Shown: piece by piece, positions 50,274 through 55,527 of the stretch
Layout of the letters: every line of letters starts with the position of its first letter
How positions within the stretch are numbered: position 1 is the stretch's first letter
Virus record (IMG/VR): IMGVR_UViG_3300029969_000013
Coordinates: 13,111-77,110 of that record
Length of the DNA: 64,000 nt
Source: a virus
Lineage: Duplodnaviria > Caudoviricetes
Strand: one strand, 5' to 3'
Notes under the pieces: generated by a model
What the model was told of the DNA's origin: nothing
The model's database searches: none
The model's input: only the letters and a program-made list of their open reading frames with translations
Translations under genes and position numbers: made by a program

Positions 50274-50349
50274 TGGGGTATAGCCAAGTGGTAAGGCAAC
50301 AGACTTTGACTCTGTCATCTCGCTGGTTCGAATCCAGCTACTCCAACCA
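50274..50349 (+). tRNA. tRNA-Gln(TTG)
   Basis: Canonical cloverleaf, ACAGA-CTTTGAC-TCTGT, encoded CCA. Confidence 0.93.
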
Positions 50350-50412
50350 GCAGTACGAGTTGCTGCCAATGTAGGTTTTAGAGCAAATGTTGTTCCTACA
50401 TAAAAATAAAAC

Positions 50413-50448
50413 AGGTATGTGCGGCGAGACGGACCTAAACGCCGACCA
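50413..50448 (+). ncRNA. Small CCA-terminated hairpin/pseudoknot
   Basis: CGGCG/CGCCG then ACCA; AGGT/ACCT could cross-pair; 1 nt before next element. Confidence 0.45.
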
Positions 50449-50449
50449 T

Positions 50450-50551
50450 GTAGTGTCAGCGTAGCGAGATGATATGCATTCAACCATATGGGAATAGGTG
50501 GTTTACTCATATGGTAACCACCAGCAGGGGCAGGACCTGCACACTGCACCA
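50450..50551 (+). ncRNA. tRNA-like RNA with two alternative helices replacing the anticodon arm
   Basis: GTAGTGT/ACACTGC acceptor, GCGT/ATGC D stem, GCAGG-GGCAGGA-CCTGC T-like arm, ACCA. Confidence 0.7.
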
Positions 50552-50587
50552 GCGTCAAAAGACGCACTTTCATAATTCTTTTCTTTT
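50552..50587 (+). terminator. Possible terminator/processing hairpin
   Basis: GCGTC-AAAA-GACGC followed by T-rich tract. Confidence 0.45.
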
Positions 50588-50662
50588 AGGCGAGCAGATG
50601 ACCTCCAAATCAAATATCTGCAAAGTAGCTCCTTAACTGATGGCCTGAAATTCAGGCCTTAA

Positions 50663-50697
50663 CAAGAACAAGAGGTAACGACTTATGTTCTTGACCA
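50663..50697 (+). ncRNA. CCA-terminated minihelix
   Basis: CAAGAACA / TGTTCTTG 8-bp stem then ACCA. Confidence 0.5.
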
Positions 50698-50859
50698 GTC
50701 GGTTTGTCTTTTCTATTTCTTCGTTCCGACAACAAAAACCAGTAAATAGAACGTTTAGTACATACGGTAGGATATCTCATGTATTTGATAGTATTTAAAG
50801 AGGTGCACATTTTTAAATACGTCGGTACAATTAGATAGAATGAAAATGTACTTACATAT

Positions 50860-50936
50860 CTAGATGTAGCTCAGTTTGGTAGAGTGCTTGGTTTGGGACC
50901 AAGATGCCGCAGGTTCGAATCCTGTCATCTAGACCA
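50860..50936 (+). tRNA. tRNA-Pro(TGG)
   Basis: Canonical cloverleaf, CTTGG-TTTGGGA-CCAAG, encoded ACCA. Confidence 0.95.
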
Positions 50937-51012
50937 GCTGTTATGATAATGTATAAAGTTGAAAACTTTTTCAAACATCACATTTCAAACGAATTCAAAA
51001 TGAATAAAGGAT

Positions 51013-51822
51013 GTGGTAAGTATTAAAGTATATATAAAAGCAAGCACCGGATCGACAGCAACTATGCTTGCAAAGGATGTAGCTAATACATTAAGTAAAG
51101 GTTGCGATGTACCAGTAAGTTATAAAGTTTCAACAATCAGTAGAGATGTTTATAAGATTACATGGTTCTATTATGATCTTCCAGGTGTATCTCAATTTGT
51201 AAATACAGTACGTAGAGAGTTAGCAATTGCAGAAGATGACTTTGAGTATGATGTTAATGGACTCCCTATATTACCTACTAATAATGCTGATACAATTAAT
51301 CCGGAAGTTGTTATCAAAAATTGGGTTGATTCTGGTAAATTCGACCTTATGGCTAAAATGTATTATGGATTGACCACAGAAAGCAAACTGTATATAAAAT
51401 CTATGAAGAAAGAATCTACTGGGCGCAATGCACGAGATTATGAAAGGATATTTGGTAAACCTGTTGAGAACAACGATAAGGTTATCACCATGACTATTCG
51501 TGTTAAACAGCTAGCTGACATCAATAAAACATCTGATACTGATTGGAATGTCAAATGTATTGATGAGTTATTTAGATACTATAAGGTATATGATGGAAGC
51601 AAAAAGGTTAAATTACCTGAAGACGAACTCCATCAGTTATACGACATATTGACATACAATTCTGTAACTAAGCGAAGAAATACTATCAATATCATTCCAA
51701 AGGCCAACAGAAATGTTGATGATGTTGTATCAACAATTGATGCATTTATAGATAAATATTATCCAGATATACAATATGATTTATCAATTTCAGGTGATAA
51801 AATAGTTATTACAGTTGAATAG
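51013..51822 (+). CDS. Hypothetical protein inside the RNA island
   Basis: 269-aa ORF, GTG start after AAAGGA. Confidence 0.65.
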   Translation: MVSIKVYIKASTGSTATMLAKDVANTLSKGCDVPVSYKVSTISRDVYKITWFYYDLPGVSQFVNTVRRELAIAEDDFEYDVNGLPILPTNNADTINPEVVIKNWVDSGKFDLMAKMYYGLTTESKLYIKSMKKESTGRNARDYERIFGKPVENNDKVITMTIRVKQLADINKTSDTDWNVKCIDELFRYYKVYDGSKKVKLPEDELHQLYDILTYNSVTKRRNTINIIPKANRNVDDVVSTIDAFIDKYYPDIQYDLSISGDKIVITVE

Positions 51823-51914
51823 CTATTTAACTTATATTATCATAGGTATAGTTGAAAGTACCTTGTTTACACGTTATTAGGGATAGTAACTAAACGGCAG
51901 AAAGCTTTCCGTTG

Positions 51915-51946
51915 TGACTATGGGTGTGCGAAACGGTAGTCAACCA
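51915..51946 (+). ncRNA. CCA-terminated minihelix
   Basis: TGACTAT/GTAGTCA 7-bp stem, ACCA, 1 nt before tRNA-Gly. Confidence 0.5.
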
Positions 51947-51947
51947 T

Positions 51948-52022
51948 GCAGATATAGTATAATGGTTATTACATCAGATTTCCAATCTGGTTATGTGGGT
52001 TCAATTCCCACTATCTGCTCCA
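51948..52022 (+). tRNA. tRNA-Gly(TCC)
   Basis: Canonical cloverleaf, TCAGA-TTTCCAA-TCTGG, U73, CCA. Confidence 0.93.
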
Positions 52023-52120
52023 GGGGCGCAGGTTTGAGATCATGCCACACTAACTAAAATCCTTGTATCTATGGGTATTCCTGCACAACCATAGAATAGG
52101 TAGGGAATTCTATTCAATAT

Positions 52121-52146
52121 GCAGATGTAGTTCAATATCTGCTCCA
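52121..52146 (+). ncRNA. tRNA-Gly microhelix
   Basis: GCAGATG-TAGTTCAA-TATCTGC-TCCA; last 11 nt identical to tRNA-Gly at 51948. Confidence 0.65.
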
Positions 52147-52360
52147 ATAATCCCACTGCCCCAGCTATTCTATTAGCAAGTAGGGTTCGTTGCATGCAAG
52201 GGCAGCATCTGTAACGGTCAAGCGTACACGATTTATAGTGCTCGATATAAACTGTATGATGAGCAAGCAGTACGTTAAGTAGTACAGTGACATTCGGAGA
52301 GACGAAGGTACTCATTTTACAATCTGAGGTTTCCAACTGTTCTTAAGGTGGAAACCCGAT

Positions 52361-52508
52361 GTCAGAATCATCTAATGTAAGATAATTAGAATTGAAGACT
52401 AATGTTATTTATCATACGTTCAAGATCAGGTCTTTCCGATGTAGTTCCTGAGATGCCATCGTCAATTCATTCTAATCAATGGTGGTGCAATTCCACCTTC
52501 TGACACCA
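52361..52508 (+). ncRNA. tRNA-like RNA with anticodon stem extended to about 14 bp and a 60-nt apical insert
   Basis: GTCAGAA/TTCTGAC, ATCT/AGAT D stem, ATTAGAA/TTCTAAT, GGTGG-TGCAATT-CCACC, ACCA. Confidence 0.75.
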
Positions 52509-52769
52509 GACCCGCTATTTCATACATCTTAATTGGTCACTGAATAGAATGAAACCTTGCCAATTTGGTCGGCAGTCAGTACGGTAGAAAAGCGTACAGT
52601 ATGATGATAATGCCTTTCTAGAAAGACTTACCGGATACCTATTCCGCAACAGGTGCAAAATCGTAACCCGAACCTATATGCGATAACAACAAAGTGTCAG
52701 GGTGACAACTTGGAACAGGACAAGTACCTTCAGTTTAAAGGGCTGTTGGGTTTACTCAGCAGCTCGTAT

Positions 52770-52831
52770 GCAGTCGGTGGCCACTATCAACGTACACGAT
52801 AGCGTAGGTTTGATTCCTACGGACTGCACCA
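52770..52831 (+). ncRNA. D-armless tRNA-like RNA
   Basis: GCAGTC/GACTGC, CTATC-AACGTACAC-GATAG, CGTAGG-TTTGATT-CCTACG, ACCA. Confidence 0.7.
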
Positions 52832-53089
52832 GCCGACTTGTCAATGTCGTAAAACTTGATGGGTGATACTTGCCCGAACGTTAAGCTATAAGGTCAGTAC
52901 TTAAGAGTTATAGTCTTGAAGAAATGGATCTTCTTCTGATACGCTTGATGTAAAGGATTCTCCAGCGGTCTGAGGTGCAACAGATGGCTGAGCTGAAATG
53001 TATCAAAAAGTTTTACTGCACTAACGGATGATACAAGTACCGTGGAGATTGCCGGTACGCTTGCCCTATATGCAAAATAGGGCATAAAT

Positions 53090-53174
53090 GCGGATATGGT
53101 GAAATAGGCATACACGATAGATTTAGGTTCTATTGCCGTAAGGCGTGCAGGTTCGACTCCTGTTATCCGCACCA
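53090..53174 (+). tRNA. tRNA-Leu(TAG)
   Basis: Class II cloverleaf, ATAGA-TTTAGGT-TCTAT, long variable arm, ACCA. Confidence 0.95.
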
Positions 53175-53204
53175 ATAACTTCTTATAAAAACTTCCACAA
53201 TGGT

Positions 53205-53233
53205 AAAAGATGTCGAGTAATTCGGCATCTTTT
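53205..53233 (+). terminator. Intrinsic terminator closing the RNA island
   Basis: AAAAGATGTCGA / TCGGCATCTTTT. Confidence 0.7.
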
Positions 53234-53286
53234 GCTTTATAAATCGTTATATAATATACAAGTATTAAAATATGGAGGACTTACAT

Positions 53287-53808
53287 ATGAAACATCAACA
53301 GATAATTATCATCAACGGAAATGGAGGTGTAGGTAAAGATACATTCATTAGGGTATTATCAAGTGTATTCAGAGATGTAGACATATGGAGTTATTCTACT
53401 ATCGACAAGGTTAAAGAGATTGCTAAGATGATAGGATGGGATGGCGTCAAGGATGAAAAAGGTCGAAAACTTCTAGCTGATCTGAAATCTCTCTGCGACA
53501 GCTACAATGATATGACTTTCAAAGATATGAAGCAAGCTGTGTCAGAATTTAAGAACAGCTATGGTACGCTGCTATTCATTCACATTAGAGAACCTCATAA
53601 CATTGATAGAGCAAAAAATGAGTTTGATGCTATTACAATGTTAGTAACTAGAGATTCTGTTGAAAATATAACATCTAATGACGCTGATAAACATGTTGCA
53701 GAATATGACTATGATTATGTTGTAAACAACAATGGTAATCTTGTACAGCTTGAATTAGAGGCAAAGAAATTTTTACAATACATAAATAACATCATGCGAA
53801 ACAGCTAA
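53287..53808 (+). CDS. P-loop nucleotide kinase-like protein
   Basis: IIIINGNGGVGKDTF; FIHIREP; NNG.L..L lid pattern. Confidence 0.7.
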   Translation: MKHQQIIIINGNGGVGKDTFIRVLSSVFRDVDIWSYSTIDKVKEIAKMIGWDGVKDEKGRKLLADLKSLCDSYNDMTFKDMKQAVSEFKNSYGTLLFIHIREPHNIDRAKNEFDAITMLVTRDSVENITSNDADKHVAEYDYDYVVNNNGNLVQLELEAKKFLQYINNIMRNS

Positions 53809-53844
53809 TCGTTATATAATACATAACTTGAAAGGAGTATTCTA

Positions 53845-54735
53845 ATGAATAAGGTATACAGTGAGTTTCGCAGAGGTGATGTATGATATGTTCGGCTTAA
53901 TGATGAAATAGGAGATGGTAATGACAAATCGTCTGTTCAAAAGAAAAGTCGACCTTATCTCATTGTTTCATGTGAGGAAAACAACAATTGTGCACCTACT
54001 ATTAATGCTATACCTATTACTACACGCCCAGCTGATCATTTACCAATGCATGTTTACTTCAATTACAACAATAGAGACCAGCTTGTATTATGCGAACAAA
54101 TTGCTACGTTATCTGTATTAGATTTTAAGCGTTCAGGTTCTCATTTCATGTATTGTTTCAATCTTGAATTCATGACAAAGATTGACGACGCACTTGCTGC
54201 ACAGTTAGGACTCAGACCAAGAGTTGCTGATATGAAAGTATTAGAAAATTTAATTGATAAGATTTCATCTGAAAGAGAAGCAGAGCTGAAACGCAAATAT
54301 GAAGACAGCTTACAGATGAGAGTTGAATCAATTGCTGCAAAGTTAGCAAAACAATTCAATATCGACTTAAATGCACAAGATATGCTTACAGGTGCAACGT
54401 ATAGACCGGAAGAATTGACATATGCATCTAAAGAAACTAAAGCAAATATTGCTGAAACTGCTAAATCTAGAATGACACCGCCAGTTGAACCGCAGCCATC
54501 ACCTGAAAATTCAAAACCTGCACCTGAAACATCCGACAAATCAACAAATAAATCAAGAAAAAAATCCTCCAAAACACAATGGACAGAAGCAGCAATGAAG
54601 GCATACTTATCAGACTACGAACATCTATCTGTATCAGCAATGTCTTCTAAATATAGTATAGCTAAAAAGTCTGTTGCACAATATCGGTACTTATTCAGAA
54701 AGAAGCTAGATGAACAAGGAGACGATAATGAGTGA
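53845..54735 (+). pseudogene. MazF/PemK-family endoribonuclease with C-terminal extension, interrupted by in-frame TGA at codon 14
   Basis: AAAGGAG RBS; RRGDV*YV...Q..SRPYLIVS...PITT...HV...CEQI...IDDALAAQLGL continues in frame into ORF 54046..54735. Confidence 0.8.
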
Positions 54736-55331
54736 CACCGAAGGAACTATTTGACAAAAATCAAAAGTTAGTAGGATATTGCTTCAAGAAATATGTAGGT
54801 AACTATTCTTTACCAGACCATGAAGATATCATTCAAGAAGGTATGTTAGGTCTTTGGCAAGCTGCTGTAAAATTCGATGAAACTAAAGGTGTCAAATTCA
54901 ATACATTTGCAGTGAAATACATATATGGAACTATGCTGAGATATATTAGAGATAGACGAAATACGACCCGTGTTCCTAGAGCAGTAAGAGATGCAAGCGA
55001 TTCAGATACTATAAACAAAATATTAAATGTATATTCATTAGATGCTGAAAAACAAGTAGATGACAATAAATCAACATCGTTAATAGATACTATAGCAGAC
55101 TCGCCTGATGAATACGAATATCTAACAGAAGATATCATAGATAAATTTTTAGATACCATTAAAAATCCAATTCACAGAGACATAATGGAGGAATATTATT
55201 ATACAATTGTATGGTATGGTAAAATTACACAGCGTGATTTGTATGAAAAGTATGGTATATCTCAACCTAATTTATCTAGAATATTAAAAAGATACAATGA
55301 TGAATTTGCAGCATACATAAACAACAATTAA
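54732..55331 (+). CDS. Sigma-70 family sigma factor (SigF/SigG/SigB-like)
   Basis: EDIIQEGMLGLWQAAVKFD..KG.KFNTFA..YI.G...RYIRD...RVPR region 2; TQRDL..KYGISQPNLSR region 4 HTH. Confidence 0.88.
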   Translation: MTPKELFDKNQKLVGYCFKKYVGNYSLPDHEDIIQEGMLGLWQAAVKFDETKGVKFNTFAVKYIYGTMLRYIRDRRNTTRVPRAVRDASDSDTINKILNVYSLDAEKQVDDNKSTSLIDTIADSPDEYEYLTEDIIDKFLDTIKNPIHRDIMEEYYYTIVWYGKITQRDLYEKYGISQPNLSRILKRYNDEFAAYINNN

Positions 55332-55337
55332 ATATCT

Positions 55338-55380
55338 ATACATCAATTACCTTATATAAATATACAGGTAATTGATGTAT
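55338..55380 (+). repeat. Perfect 15-bp inverted repeat overlapping an ACCTT motif
   Basis: ATACATCAATTACCT / AGGTAATTGATGTAT with 13-nt loop. Confidence 0.85.
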
Positions 55381-55388
55381 AGTTTTAT

Positions 55389-55475
55389 GCCGATATGTCG
55401 GAATTGGCAGACGAGGCAGACTCAAAATCTGTTGTCAGTAATGACGTAAGGGTTCAAGTCCCTTTATCGGCACCA
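55389..55475 (+). tRNA. tRNA-Leu(CAA)
   Basis: Class II cloverleaf, GCAGA-CTCAAAA-TCTGT, ACCA. Confidence 0.95.
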
Positions 55476-55527
55476 TTATTGTGATGATATATCACAATAT
55501 AATCATACTATATGGAGGTATTAGGAT

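Noticed and set aside
50350-50368. GCAGT/GTTGC hairpin ending in GCCA after tRNA-Gln
   Set aside because: Short stem with two G-U pairs; could easily be chance, so not counted among the mimics
50192-50573. ORFs overlapping the tRNA genes (50192 +, 50247 -; also 52040 -, 52894 -, 53145 +)
   Set aside because: They are readings through tRNA and structured RNA sequence, not protein genes
51926-51930. GTGCG group II intron-like 5' end (also at 50419)
   Set aside because: No domain V consensus or RT gene found downstream
52023-52508. Possible tmRNA (GGGGCGCAGGTTTGAG start)
   Set aside because: No matching 3' acceptor with G3-U70 and CCA, and no tag reading frame ending in Ala-rich residues
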